Shown here: one piece after another, positions 8,701 to 18,707 of the stretch | Layout of the letters: each line of letters begins with the position of its first letter | Position numbering within the stretch: the stretch's first letter is position 1 | Program-made: the position numbers and the translations under genes | Notes under the pieces: model-generated | Database searches by the model: none | What the model was told of the DNA's origin: nothing | What the model saw: only the letters and a program-made list of their open reading frames with translations | DNA from: Andalucia godoyi And28 | Taxonomy: Eukaryota > Protista > Jakobida | DNA length: 64,000 nucleotides | Direction: 5' to 3' | Assembly: GCA_009859145.1 (NCBI GenBank) | Contig: VRVR01000002.1 | Span: 1-64,000, forward strand

Positions 8701-11105
8701 TCTCAGCGGAGTGCACCAAGAATTTTGTGTTTGTTTTCTACAACGCGAATGGTGGTGGAATGGAAGCGGTGAAGCACTTCGAAGAAAATACTGCCCTCGA
8801 TCTTCGGTCACGCACTGCTGTGCTGGAGTATGCGACCATTGCAATCTGCCTCGGAACTGCGATTACTTTGCTGGTCATATTGTTTTGCATACTTTTCCCG
8901 TCCGTGCGTCTGCTGGAGAACGAGAGAGAAGCCATGCTCCGCCTGATTGCTTCTATCGATGTATCTGCTTTGAAGAAGATTTACGAGGAAAGCAAATCAC
9001 GCGCTAAATCGTCAAAAACTTCGAGTAGGCAGTCTTCTGCAGCAGGTCGCTCGGGAAGCGAATCGCAAAAGAGTCAAACGTCCTCTTTTGTGCGCACAAA
9101 GTTCTCCTTTGCGATCATTGTTTTAATCGTGTATCTTGCTGCTTTTGCTGTGTTGCTCGGTCTCTACATTGGTGACGTCTTCAGCATCAACGAGGAAGTA
9201 GAGTACTTCTCGTCGACGCAAGAATCTGCATCACGTGCAGATTTTCTCGCCCTGTCTCTGTTCTCCTCGACCGCATCTCCACTAGGCGACTTCAGCCAGA
9301 GACAAGAGCGGCTGAGCGTGTTGTCAACAGAAATCGTACACGACTTTCAAAAGTTTATCGTGCCATCCGGCGAGCATTCTCAGGGGATTGTCTACCTGTC
9401 ACCAGAGTTGCACGCGGCGTTTTTGGATCCGTCCTGCACCTTCTACTCCTTCAACGTTTCTCGATCCGACTGTCGATCATTGCAAGCGGTCATTTCCGAC
9501 ATGTCTTCGCTGTACAATTCATTCTCTTTTGGAACTGCAATGTCCAGCTCCGCACCACGAGAACTTGCGTTCAGTGAAACGTATTTATCGGCATTTACTG
9601 ATCTGACCGAAGTGGTTCCCTACAAGCTGAATTTTGCGTACAACAACTTCGTTCAGTATTACAATGACAGGGTCGACATCTTCCGCCTTCTCTGCATCTT
9701 TCTGTTTTCTGCAGGATTTCTGCTCCTTCCGCTTGTCTTATGTGCGGGTTTGGTATTTCCGCTGATGCGCCTGTCCTCGGCACAGCGCCAGTTCCGTTCC
9801 GTTTTCTTGCTGATTCCGCTGGACTACATGGAACAAGAGCAGAAGATCTGGATGTTTGTCTCGGGCACCGAAGACGAAGAAGTGGTGCTGAACTTGCACC
9901 AATCCAAGAAAAGATCGAGCCTGTCAAAACGGCCAGGAAGAGCGGATGCGGAGCATGATGAGGAAGCACTTCGCCGGGTGCTGGATTCGTCCACCGATGC
10001 ATTTTTCGAACTCGATTTGAAGGGGAATATCCGAAACTTCAACAGTTCTGCATGCGCCATATCTCGGAGAATGAATGACGAGCTCTTGGGCTCCAGCTTG
10101 GAGGACATTCTGGCAGATGGACAGCGGCTGAGGTCGATTGTCCACTCGAAACAGGTAGGATCACTGATGTTTGAGACGAACTGCATTGCCTCATCTGGAG
10201 AAGTCATATGTCCTGTTCGCCTCAATGTCCGCGTTGTTTCTTCTGCCCCAGAACAACAAATTCAAAAGGGTTCCAATGTCGCTACCTCCGAGTTGGACAA
10301 AGCAAACACTGGCAAACTCTTCATCCACGTGTTTATGAGGGACATTACAGAAGAACAGCGACAAAACATACTGCTGAACGAGGAAAAGTCCAAGAGCATG
10401 GCACTCCTTCGTAACATGATGCCTCTTCCTGTCGCGTCAAAACTGATGAGAGGAGACCGGCCAATTGCATATGAGCATGATGCCGTTTGCTGTCTCTTTT
10501 GCGACATCAAGAATTTCACACCGCTAGCAGCGTCCCTCGGCGCCGCGTCGACTGTCCACATGCTTGATTCCTTGGTGGGCCAGTGTGACGACGTTTGCGA
10601 GCGCCGCGGGATAACAAAAGTCAAAACAATCGGCGACTGCTTGTTTTTATGTGCAGGAATCATCATTGATGGGGAGCCCATTGACCCAGGCATGGCACAG
10701 ACGAAGAAAGAAGACCTAAGGAAGAGGAATGTTGTGCTGGACATGGTTGAGACAGGACTGGAAATTATCAAAATTGCCGAGGCATTGCAAATCCAGGTGC
10801 GAATAGGATTGCACATTGGACCTGTGATTTCGGGCGTGATCGGAAAGGTGAAGTACCAGTTCGACTTGTGGGGAGATGTGGTGAACGTGGCCAGTCGCAT
10901 GGAAAGCTCGTCCACTGAAATGCGCATCCACATGAGCCGCGATGCCTATGAAAAAGTGTACGAATACTACGAATGCGACGAACGAGAGGTACACGTGAAA
11001 GGAAAAGGCGTGATGAACACGTACCTCTTGGTTGCGCGGCGACCGGACCCAATGGGATCCGCAGATGCTCCTAAAGCGATTCTGGGCAAAGGGCCAGTTC
11101 TTTGA
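5781..11105 (+). CDS. Multi-pass membrane class III adenylate cyclase with TmcB-like region and PAS domain
   Basis: N-terminal TM cluster and further TM pairs; PAS-like segment (STDAFFELDLKGNIRNFN...); C-terminal cyclase motifs LFCDIKNFT, VKTIGD, FDLWGDVVNVASRMES. K and D specificity residues indicate ATP. First ATG at 5781 follows a T-rich leader. Confidence 0.9.
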   Translation: MVKTAEGSVNSDSQASAFSATSELLHTVSLPMESLWNVVVEFKAVMNSRFNLTTQRILLVMEVVSSLYLSLFILVAPAWREVLTNTPALFYVSSVPFALICVYGTFSIFRLMLTVSNRGTNTMVIPRIHGAGKLWSLLAALWPVLFCQFISVLQVLLASSSLPIILCCIVYAVGIVPLITILIPIFHIFLFQTVVLTPTPSAALSGLPHVVRYGFQLLAVSIGVASTSTTLAYLYYVPVILASSLCFLWTLSSTPLFSALSNSIWCIIYGVHFSVALYFALAEPAVWVLALLILGTCAAFGGLMLLRSHLLISSLASNVGTAALSQRKSSRVHCETYASHSDLSRSDGKHDSFRSTTSSEARDDVESQQSDCSGPVGATNLLGVSESVDVTNMDDPWMFIRVMVPISQLLVLVKKFSSESDMDPVAEEVVRLFEAAIEKWSGCMELRILYAHVLHEISLLLDEKIWILRMNRVLIAEASLTSRVDIRFEMFFLQKLRQRCIGDQDSFSSDARSLRKRLRKVDRLRSLALGFQAQFWKTLLVDAQNHHSLTSLIDRMDHVSRDAMANFKSIEATYGMLPEILRSKARYFIDVYGDVSYGQEMLLRADQVEERAAKTSSGHGRQVRPSESQEEDLSSVPDPRKQISIFSSPTSGDRSQSIATSPAGRKDANFGSAAHLSSGLQSSIPIPGRSAKQPLRSSFAEKSILPGGDSTGASDTDGMDQESASSGLAKVAAKSRKTSLSEESESERDFEAAELSSASSGSVQAAITRSKQIRDDFMARESRGIRRMRLMIFVSIFVCFVVFVAFFTMTIVLVQHPLSHLDVRSGLPTEDDPDALSYSFEAVNRLSNSLFLAGTLSKKWVDGLVEDHERANLLRVTESTLEDYKLWFSRTLRRKPQNEDAIHALNNRFGVSSFAADPNLNYWNWTMKTEIISAVEVLQAVQNSFSEGVACLKAHSVYSKVFNSSSSTWISPTISAECTKNFVFVFYNANGGGMEAVKHFEENTALDLRSRTAVLEYATIAICLGTAITLLVILFCILFPSVRLLENEREAMLRLIASIDVSALKKIYEESKSRAKSSKTSSRQSSAAGRSGSESQKSQTSSFVRTKFSFAIIVLIVYLAAFAVLLGLYIGDVFSINEEVEYFSSTQESASRADFLALSLFSSTASPLGDFSQRQERLSVLSTEIVHDFQKFIVPSGEHSQGIVYLSPELHAAFLDPSCTFYSFNVSRSDCRSLQAVISDMSSLYNSFSFGTAMSSSAPRELAFSETYLSAFTDLTEVVPYKLNFAYNNFVQYYNDRVDIFRLLCIFLFSAGFLLLPLVLCAGLVFPLMRLSSAQRQFRSVFLLIPLDYMEQEQKIWMFVSGTEDEEVVLNLHQSKKRSSLSKRPGRADAEHDEEALRRVLDSSTDAFFELDLKGNIRNFNSSACAISRRMNDELLGSSLEDILADGQRLRSIVHSKQVGSLMFETNCIASSGEVICPVRLNVRVVSSAPEQQIQKGSNVATSELDKANTGKLFIHVFMRDITEEQRQNILLNEEKSKSMALLRNMMPLPVASKLMRGDRPIAYEHDAVCCLFCDIKNFTPLAASLGAASTVHMLDSLVGQCDDVCERRGITKVKTIGDCLFLCAGIIIDGEPIDPGMAQTKKEDLRKRNVVLDMVETGLEIIKIAEALQIQVRIGLHIGPVISGVIGKVKYQFDLWGDVVNVASRMESSSTEMRIHMSRDAYEKVYEYYECDEREVHVKGKGVMNTYLLVARRPDPMGSADAPKAILGKGPVL

Positions 11106-11557
11106 TTTAAAAAAATTGTCATCACAGTCACCTTCCCCAGCGTATTCATCACCTCTAAAGTACACTGCGTGTGTTGCCTCACGGTTCTGACGCCCTTGCA
11201 CTTCTGAAAATTACTACCCTCAAACGCATATCTCTCCAAGCATTTGGGCTCGCATGCTGCTGCGCCTCGGACACATTTTTTGAAACAAAATGACGTTTCA
11301 AATCAGCACGAACATCCATCAAATGAGTACTCTTGCGTGGGACATCCGTGCAGGAGGTCGACGGCTGTCAACTCTATGATACTTATCCGATGAAATCACG
11401 GCCACCCACAAGACATTTGGGCTGGAGTGTGATGCCTTCGAATAAATCAACAGTGGATCCGCTGTCCGAACCCGAAACACTCTAGAGAAAGCCAGATCAG
11501 GGGTTTTTTTTTGCATCTTGCTCCACGACATTGTATATTGATGTGTTGATGTAGAAA

Positions 11558-13945
11558 ATGGGACTATGGACACGGTCGAAGGGATTGCTGTCGAGTGCTT
11601 CCGCGGCGAAGTTGCTGGCGTCTGTGCGAAACGTCGGAATCATCGCGCATGTGGATTCCGGAAAGACGACGGTGACTGAGCGCATGCTGTTTTATGCCGG
11701 GCTGATACGCTCTTGCGGAGAGGTGCACGACGGCGATACAGTCATGGACTTTCTACCAGATGAACAAGCCCGGGGAATCACGATTTCATCTGCAGCAATT
11801 TCGTTCGACTGGTCTGGTGCGTCTGTGAATTTAATCGATACACCCGGCCATGTGGATTTTGGCATCGAAGTAGAACGATCATTACGAGTGTTGGACGGCG
11901 CAGTTGTCATTTTGGACGGTGTTGCTGGTGTTCAACCGCAGTCGCTTTCCGTCTGGCAACAGGCGGTCCGTCACGGCGTCCCACGCATCGTATTCGTCAA
12001 CAAAATGGATCGAGAAGGCGCATCGATCGAACGAAGTGTCCAGTCATTGAGAGACAGGCTAGGGTGCGATCCTCTTGTCATGCAATTGCTCTCTCCGTTG
12101 CAAGAAGGTTCATCGTCAGCAGACGCATCGTTTGACATCATTGACTTGGTTCGCATGGAGCGCGTGCAGTATCCGCAGTACTTGCGAACACCACTGTCCG
12201 TGCCAAGCAATGCGTCTCCAGCGAAGGAGAAGGACATATGGGACAATGCAGTCCATTTGCGCACACAGCTCATCGAGAGAGCTGCCAATCTTGACAGCGT
12301 GCTTGCAGACGTTTACTTGTCTGCGGAAGACCCAGTCACAAGCGTATCTCCAGAGTCGTTGCGATCTGCGGTAAGGCGAATCACAATTTCTGGCTCCGGA
12401 GTACCACTGTTTGCGGGTGCTGCCTATCGAAATATCGGCGTGCAGCCGTTGCTGGATGCCGTCAAAGACTATCTGCCGTCTCCTCTGGATCGGCCCCCCG
12501 TGAGTGCTCGTCTCGTTCCTTCTGGGAAGCTGATGAAAAAGGGTTCGCCGGACCCGCAAACGAACATCGGCATGCCTTGTTCTAAAGACGGCCCTGCTTT
12601 GGGACTAGTTTTTAAGATTGTTTACCACGAACAGCGGGGGTCAGTGGCTTTTGTCAGAATGTATTCTGGCCAGATTGCTGCGGGGCAGCAGGTTGCTGTC
12701 TTTTCACAGCAGTTTCTACCCAGCAACGCTTTGAAACGGACAGACGAAACGTCTGGCACAAGCGCACCGCCTCTTCCCGTAGTGGAGCACAAGGAGCGCG
12801 CCCACAAAGTTATGAAAATCGCTGCACAGGATCTTCTTCCTTGTGAGAGTATTCAGGCAGGGGAGTTTGGGGCTATCATCGGACTGAAGCATGCCCGAAC
12901 CGGTGATACAGTGTATGCCGCCGTTCCAGGGCCGACGGGAAATTCCAAAATGTACTTACCGAGTCTCCTGAGGGTGCCACAGCCCGTCTTCTGGGCGGCG
13001 GTGGAATGCGAGTCATCTGCTGCCGAGTCGGTGCTGGATTCCGCTCTCGAGGCACTCTGCAGAGAAGACCCGTCTCTGTTGCTCCAAAACGATGCTGAAA
13101 CTGGGCAGCGGCTGCTGTGCGGGATGGGTGAACTGCATCTGGATATTGCGCGTTCGCGGCTGGAGAGAGATTTTCATGTTCCGGGACTGCGCTTCGGAAA
13201 AGTGCACATATCCTACCGTGAAACGATTTCCGCCAGCCGGAGCCTCGAGCACAGCGTTGCCGAGCTGATGTCGAGACCTGTGCGATTCTTCATTGCGCTG
13301 CATCCCAAGGTGGCAGAAGGCGCGGAGCCTGCGGACAACGGACACCTGATATCTAAAGTCTCTGTGGACCTCATCTCAGCGCCTACAAACCTCCCGGAAA
13401 AGCTTCGAGAAGATGTTGGAGACATTTTTGAGTCCGCAATCGCTTCTAGTCTGCTTCGGGGACCCTTGCTTGGGTATCCCGTAGTGGGTGCAGACGTGGC
13501 GATTTCGAACGTCATGCTGGACGATAACTTAACGAATGCTTCCAGGGACACGTTGGAGCCTCTGATTCGTACTGCTGTGGCAGAGCGCATGATGAAACTC
13601 TTGAGATCGAAAGACGTCCACCCGCGTTTATTGGAGCCCGTCATGGAAGTGGTTGTCGTGACTGACAATCAGAATCTTGGGGCCGTGGTCTCGGATCTGA
13701 CGGGATCTCGCAGAGCATGCATCAAAGACATTGGATTTGAAGGAGCAGAATGTGGCGGGAATGACAATTCGCAAAATCGTGTCGTTGTCGCGGACGTCCC
13801 TCTCCAGTGTCTTGTGGGCTACACGACAACTCTTCGATCCTTGACGTCGGGCCGAGCCTCTTTCACCATGGAATTTTCTCGGTATGCGATCTGTGATCGC
13901 AACTCGGAACAGAAGGTGCTGCTCGCAGAACGAGGATTCGTATAG
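11558..13945 (+). CDS. GFM2: Mitochondrial EF-G2 / ribosome-releasing factor 2
   Basis: AHVDSGKTT, RGITISSAAISFDW, DTPGHVDF, NKMD GTPase motifs; EF-G domains III-V (GMGELHL, LLEPVM); short basic N-terminal presequence. Confidence 0.85.
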   Translation: MGLWTRSKGLLSSASAAKLLASVRNVGIIAHVDSGKTTVTERMLFYAGLIRSCGEVHDGDTVMDFLPDEQARGITISSAAISFDWSGASVNLIDTPGHVDFGIEVERSLRVLDGAVVILDGVAGVQPQSLSVWQQAVRHGVPRIVFVNKMDREGASIERSVQSLRDRLGCDPLVMQLLSPLQEGSSSADASFDIIDLVRMERVQYPQYLRTPLSVPSNASPAKEKDIWDNAVHLRTQLIERAANLDSVLADVYLSAEDPVTSVSPESLRSAVRRITISGSGVPLFAGAAYRNIGVQPLLDAVKDYLPSPLDRPPVSARLVPSGKLMKKGSPDPQTNIGMPCSKDGPALGLVFKIVYHEQRGSVAFVRMYSGQIAAGQQVAVFSQQFLPSNALKRTDETSGTSAPPLPVVEHKERAHKVMKIAAQDLLPCESIQAGEFGAIIGLKHARTGDTVYAAVPGPTGNSKMYLPSLLRVPQPVFWAAVECESSAAESVLDSALEALCREDPSLLLQNDAETGQRLLCGMGELHLDIARSRLERDFHVPGLRFGKVHISYRETISASRSLEHSVAELMSRPVRFFIALHPKVAEGAEPADNGHLISKVSVDLISAPTNLPEKLREDVGDIFESAIASSLLRGPLLGYPVVGADVAISNVMLDDNLTNASRDTLEPLIRTAVAERMMKLLRSKDVHPRLLEPVMEVVVVTDNQNLGAVVSDLTGSRRACIKDIGFEGAECGGNDNSQNRVVVADVPLQCLVGYTTTLRSLTSGRASFTMEFSRYAICDRNSEQKVLLAERGFV

Positions 13946-13963
13946 ATCAGTCGCCCCGGAGAG

Positions 13964-14005
13964 TCTCTCTCTCTCTCTCTCTGTCTCTGTCTCTCTCTCT
14001 GTCTC
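13964..14005. repeat. (CT)n/(CTGT) microsatellite between convergent gene ends
   Basis: Directly visible. Confidence 0.9.
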
Positions 14006-14076
14006 ACATCTCGAAACCAAGCACATAAAATCATTTTTACTACAACGAATTTCACAAGACTGATCGGTAATGAGCG

Positions 14077-14427
14077 CTACTTCAACTCGCGCTGCCGCAA
14101 GAAACGAGCATATGCAGACTCGGGGGCTTGGATTTTCCGGTCCGTATCAAATTTGGACTCCACATGGGAATCTTTCCAGAAGTGGTCAGGCCGACCAGGA
14201 TGGTCCCATGATCGAACAAGCGCATCGGCCTTCGCCTTCACCTCAGTCAGATTCCGTCGCATCTCGGCATCACGTACAATGTGTTTGTCCATATTTGACG
14301 AGATCCAGCTTTGAAAAAATGGCTTCGAAACAACCGCAAATCCCCACAGTCCGCCGATCGCAAGAACCGTGTAAATTCCCTTGTAAGACACTTCAACCGC
14401 AGCACCCGCAGCACCCGCAGCCCCCAT
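14077..14427 (-). CDS. Hypothetical 116-aa single-TM protein
   Basis: ATG-initiated ORF with one hydrophobic helix (GIYTVLAIGGLWGFAVV) and a normal-complexity tail, filling the gap between EF-G2 and RPL4. The 5' end is uncertain. Confidence 0.55.
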   Translation of the reverse strand: MGAAGAAGAAVEVSYKGIYTVLAIGGLWGFAVVSKPFFQSWISSNMDKHIVRDAEMRRNLTEVKAKADALVRSWDHPGRPDHFWKDSHVESKFDTDRKIQAPESAYARFLRQRELK

Positions 14428-14920
14428 TCTCTGTTCTTCTTGTTCCTGTTCCTGTTCCTGTTCCTGTTCCTGTTCCTGTTGTTGCTAGGATATCGACTCT
14501 CGCAACACGGTCCGACAAATGGTCAACAGTTAGGAAAAGAAACGGGTGCTTCAGCCTCCACGAAAGCAAAAAAAAAGGGGGGGAAAAACCTCCTCTTTGG
14601 AAGGGAGGAAATTGTCCACTACGGCCAACAAAAAAATGGACGATGGGGAGTGGGGGGGAGTGGATACAAGCATCAACAAGGTGCATCAAGCCAGCGCAAA
14701 GCATTCATTACGCAAATGAGGCAGGTCATTTTTGCTTTATTTTGCTTTTTTGCTCGTTTACCGACAAAAAAAAAAGTGCTTCTAGCCCTACCCTAGGGTT
14801 GCAGTGGCAAATTTGCAAGTACACCAGAAGTGCTGAAACAGTTTTTTCTTTGATTTTCTCTCTCTTCAATTCCACTCTTTCTTCCTGTTTCATTCTGTGT
14901 GCGAGCTCTCCTTTTAGACC

Positions 14921-16111
14921 ATGTCGATCCTCCGCCCTGTTATCACTGTCTTCGGAACTGACGGCAAGAAGACCGGTTCTCTTACTGCCCCCGCAGTCTT
15001 CTCCGCCCCCATCCGCAATGATGTTGTCCACTTTGTGCACACCAACATGGCAAAGAACAAGCGCCAGCCTTACGCTGTGATGCCGATTTCTGGTGCCCAG
15101 ACTTCTGCCGAGTCTTGGGGTACTGGTCGCGCTGTTGCTCGTATTCCTCGTGTCGGAGGTGGCGGAACTCACCGCTCGGGCGAGGGTGCCTTCGGTAACA
15201 TGTGCCGTGGTGGTCGTATGTTCGGACCCAACAAGGTTTGGCGTCGCTGGCACCGCCGCATCAACGTCAACCAGAAGCGTGTTGCCGTTGCCTCTGCTCT
15301 GTCTGCATCTGCCGTTGTTCCTTTGGTGATGGCCCGTGGACACCGTGTGGAGAACGTCCCCGAGGTTCCGCTGGTTGTGTCTTCCGAGATTGAGAAGATC
15401 AACAAGACTGCCGCCGCAGTCAAGATCCTCAAGGCCCTCGGTGCATACGACGAGGTCGAGAAGGTTGTTGATACCCGCCGCACTCGTGCAGGCCAGGGTA
15501 AGATGCGCTCTCGCCGCTATGTCGTTCGAAAGGGGCCTTTGGTCGTTTACAAGGAGGATAACGGTGTCGTCCGAGCCTTCCGCAACATCCCCGGAGTTGA
15601 AGTTGCGTGCGTTGATCGCCTCAACCTCCTCCAGCTCGCCCCTGGTGGACATCTTGGACGCTTCGTCATCTGGACCGAGTCTGCCGCCAAGCACCTCGGA
15701 TCCTTGTTCGGAACTTTCAAGTCTGCTTCTCTGCTGAAGAACGGGTTCAAGCTTCCTCAGCCTGCCATGATCAATGCCGATCTTGCCCGTATCATCAACT
15801 CTGATGAAATCCAGTCCAAGGTTCGCATTGCCAAGCCCAAGGCCGGATTCGCTCCCCTCAAGAAGAACCCGCTCCGCAACCGTGGTGCACTCTACAAGCT
15901 CAACCCGTATGCCCGCTTTGCCGATAAGGTGAAGAAGCAGGCAGAGCAGAAGAGCTCTTCCTTCAAGGCGTCTGCTCTTGAAGCCCGCCGTGCTGGAAAG
16001 CCCATCAAGGGATCGGGTGTCGCCAAGAAGCTCGCCAAGTTCCGTGCCACCCGTCGTGCGGGATCCAAGAACTTCCTTGCCCAGGTCTCTGCGACTCTTA
16101 CAGCCCAGTAA
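14921..16111 (+). CDS. RPL4: 60S ribosomal protein L4 (uL4)
   Basis: [40 protein letters not shown] signature; strong codon bias. Confidence 0.99.
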   Translation: MSILRPVITVFGTDGKKTGSLTAPAVFSAPIRNDVVHFVHTNMAKNKRQPYAVMPISGAQTSAESWGTGRAVARIPRVGGGGTHRSGEGAFGNMCRGGRMFGPNKVWRRWHRRINVNQKRVAVASALSASAVVPLVMARGHRVENVPEVPLVVSSEIEKINKTAAAVKILKALGAYDEVEKVVDTRRTRAGQGKMRSRRYVVRKGPLVVYKEDNGVVRAFRNIPGVEVACVDRLNLLQLAPGGHLGRFVIWTESAAKHLGSLFGTFKSASLLKNGFKLPQPAMINADLARIINSDEIQSKVRIAKPKAGFAPLKKNPLRNRGALYKLNPYARFADKVKKQAEQKSSSFKASALEARRAGKPIKGSGVAKKLAKFRATRRAGSKNFLAQVSATLTAQ

Positions 16112-16160
16112 AAGTATTTCCTCTATGCTTTTTGATCGTTCGTTCGTTCCATTTTTATAA

Positions 16161-16196
<36 letters not shown>

Positions 16197-16359
16197 TTGG
16201 TTCGTGTTTCACTTCGGGGGGTTTTGGACAGTTTTTGCATCTCTCCAAGCCGGCCTCCCCAACAAGTGCTTCTGCTCCAGTCGCTGGCAACAGCAACTGT
16301 CAAGAACAATGATAACCATAAACAGAAGACGTGACATCACCACGACGAAGATTCATTTA

Positions 16360-18126
16360 TTATTCAGCTGCTCCTCCGTGCGACTGCGTCTGTTCGGAAT
16401 GGGCTGCTGACTCCGAGGGCTGTGACTGGTCTGTTGTACTTGCTGCACCATTTGTGGCAGAATCCTCCTGCACATGTGTGGTCTCCATGAACTGGTGCGT
16501 GATCTGTTGAATTTCCTCTTCTGTCGCACCACCCATGTCATCACCAGTGCTCTTCTTGGTTCCTTTTGCTTGCTTCTGCTTGAGCTCCTTCGCTCGCTGC
16601 TCGAGATTCTTCTCTCTCCGCATTTCCCTGTCGAACATCTGCTGGATCGAGGTCTTCTCGTTTGCCTGCTGAATCGCAAGCCCATCCGAAACCTCCAGAA
16701 GCGAAGTGCTGCCATCCAACGAACCCACCGCAATGAGTCTTCCATCATCGTGTGCCTTCAAAGTATGCAGCCCTGCGTCTGAGACTTGCAACGACAACAC
16801 AGGGTCGTTTTGCTTGTACAGGTAATCCCAAACATCAAGGGTTCCATCCATCTTTGTCGTAAAGAAAACACCGGGTCTCGTAGGACTCCATGCACCGCTC
16901 GTGAGATACGATGTATGGTACTTCGTCGTCATAATTGGAGTGGTAATATCATCAACCCAGATGCGTGCTGTCCAATCACCGACCGTCAGGAAGAATTTCG
17001 GAGCAAACATATTTCGCTTGACGGCGTAAATGGGGCCATGATGGCCTGTGTACACTTGAGCAATGCGATCCGCTGGAGTCTTCGCCTTACGGTTACCAGC
17101 AAGAACGAGTCCTTGCTCTGTTCCAACCATGAACTTTGCAGCGTTTGATGGGTCGTAGTCAAGCGAAACCGCTCCCAGGATGCCGCGGTACGATTCTTGC
17201 TTTGCTGGCTCCAGCTGCAGGACTTCGATAGGCTCCCCGATTTTTCGAGTGTCCCAGAACAAAACTTGACCATCCGTCGAACACGACATACACTCGGTGT
17301 TTGTCTTGGTGGCCAACCACTTCACATCGTAGACGGGATCACGATGCGACTTCTCAATCAACGACGAGTCGAAAGGCATGGAGCCCTTCCGAGAGTCCCA
17401 GAACGAGAGGATACCGTTGTAGCAGCCGCCGATGAGAATGTGCGGATCCTTGTGATTGTACTCGAGGCAAACAACTGGGGATGCTGGCGTGAGCTCCTGC
17501 TCCGGATAGTTGGCATTGTTAATGTCCCAAATGTAAGATGACAAGCTCATACCTTCTGGCATCTTTTGAAACTGCAGCACGCAGTACGCCACAGCAATTT
17601 TCTTTCCGTCCGTGGGAGACCATGAAATGTGCGAGGCCGTGCGCTTCAACGGACTCGGATCACGGAAGACAGTCACCGTCTTTGCCGATGGGGGCTCGCT
17701 GGAATGATCCATGTAGTCTCCGCTGAAGTAATCTTCATAGATGTCAATCGCGTTGTTTTGCTTTGTCACGTGATCCACACGGTCTGCAATTGCGCGCACG
17801 TTCTTGATAAAGTCTTCATCACGCATAATCTTTTTGGTGTAACGGTCCTTCTGATCCTGCTCCGACGAATCAATGTCTTTGGGCCATCCACCTTCAAGAT
17901 GATTTGTTCCCTGCGAACGAAGCGAAATACGCTCCGTGTTTGCTTCACTCTCGGACTGCTCAGGGACACACTGGACACCCGTTACTTGAGGATCGCGCAA
18001 AAGATACGACTCTGCGGTCGCGGCATCCGGCGCAATGTCGCAAATGACCTCGGCATCCAAGTCCTGGAACTCTCCATGTCGACCAAAGTCACGGCGAGCC
18101 TTTTGGTAGACGTATACAATCTCCAT
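16360..18126 (-). CDS. DNAI2: Axonemal outer-arm dynein intermediate chain 2 (IC2/IC69-like, WD40)
   Basis: MEIVYVYQKARRDFG, NHLEGGWPKD, KQNNAIDIYEDYF, WSPTRPGVFF are characteristic of DNAI2. Confidence 0.95.
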   Translation of the reverse strand: MEIVYVYQKARRDFGRHGEFQDLDAEVICDIAPDAATAESYLLRDPQVTGVQCVPEQSESEANTERISLRSQGTNHLEGGWPKDIDSSEQDQKDRYTKKIMRDEDFIKNVRAIADRVDHVTKQNNAIDIYEDYFSGDYMDHSSEPPSAKTVTVFRDPSPLKRTASHISWSPTDGKKIAVAYCVLQFQKMPEGMSLSSYIWDINNANYPEQELTPASPVVCLEYNHKDPHILIGGCYNGILSFWDSRKGSMPFDSSLIEKSHRDPVYDVKWLATKTNTECMSCSTDGQVLFWDTRKIGEPIEVLQLEPAKQESYRGILGAVSLDYDPSNAAKFMVGTEQGLVLAGNRKAKTPADRIAQVYTGHHGPIYAVKRNMFAPKFFLTVGDWTARIWVDDITTPIMTTKYHTSYLTSGAWSPTRPGVFFTTKMDGTLDVWDYLYKQNDPVLSLQVSDAGLHTLKAHDDGRLIAVGSLDGSTSLLEVSDGLAIQQANEKTSIQQMFDREMRREKNLEQRAKELKQKQAKGTKKSTGDDMGGATEEEIQQITHQFMETTHVQEDSATNGAASTTDQSQPSESAAHSEQTQSHGGAAE

Positions 18127-18274
18127 GTTCTTCAGAAATCACAAGGCTGTCTCACTCCAACAACGAAAACTTGGGCAACAAGAAAGAAACAAGACACGGA
18201 AGGCCGGGGAGGAAGAAAAAAAACGACAGACGGAGAAAAAAGATTTTTTGGTTGTTTGCGACAAACTAGGTTCA

Positions 18275-18305
<31 letters not shown>
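18275..18305. repeat. (GA)n microsatellite in the divergent DNAI2/GCP4 upstream region
   Basis: Directly visible. Confidence 0.9.
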
Positions 18306-18707
18306 CGGAGGGAGAAACTCAAAGACGAAACGAAGAAAAGGAAGGAAAGTAGGAAACAAACACGAGAAGAACAGGAGGAACAAGACGCAAAGAAACAGCA
18401 AAAGGCAAAGAAACAGCAAAGGCAACAATGGAGGATCTGGGACAGCAAAGACGGGGGAAGGGGAAAAATGCAGTTGGGTGTTTTGTAAATGCTAGGCTTT
18501 TCAAGAGATTGATGCCGTGAGACTAGCGGCAGCCCGCCAAAATTCACTTTTTTCTTTTTTCCTATTTAATTGTGGGTGCTTTTTTTGTGCATAATGTGTA
18601 TGCTTGCAGCGTGTCTGGTGTTGCTGGTCTTGTTGTCCGTGTTCTCAACTGTTCCTTTCTCTTTCTCTTTCTTTCATCGATCAGGGTTGTTGTGCGCTTG
18701 AGGAATT

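Noticed and set aside
14726-16309. Long antisense or alternate-frame ORFs (527 aa opposite RPL4, and others opposite DNAI2, GH31, PSMA3, CCDC191)
   Set aside because: Shadow ORFs caused by codon bias of the real gene; no recognisable motifs.
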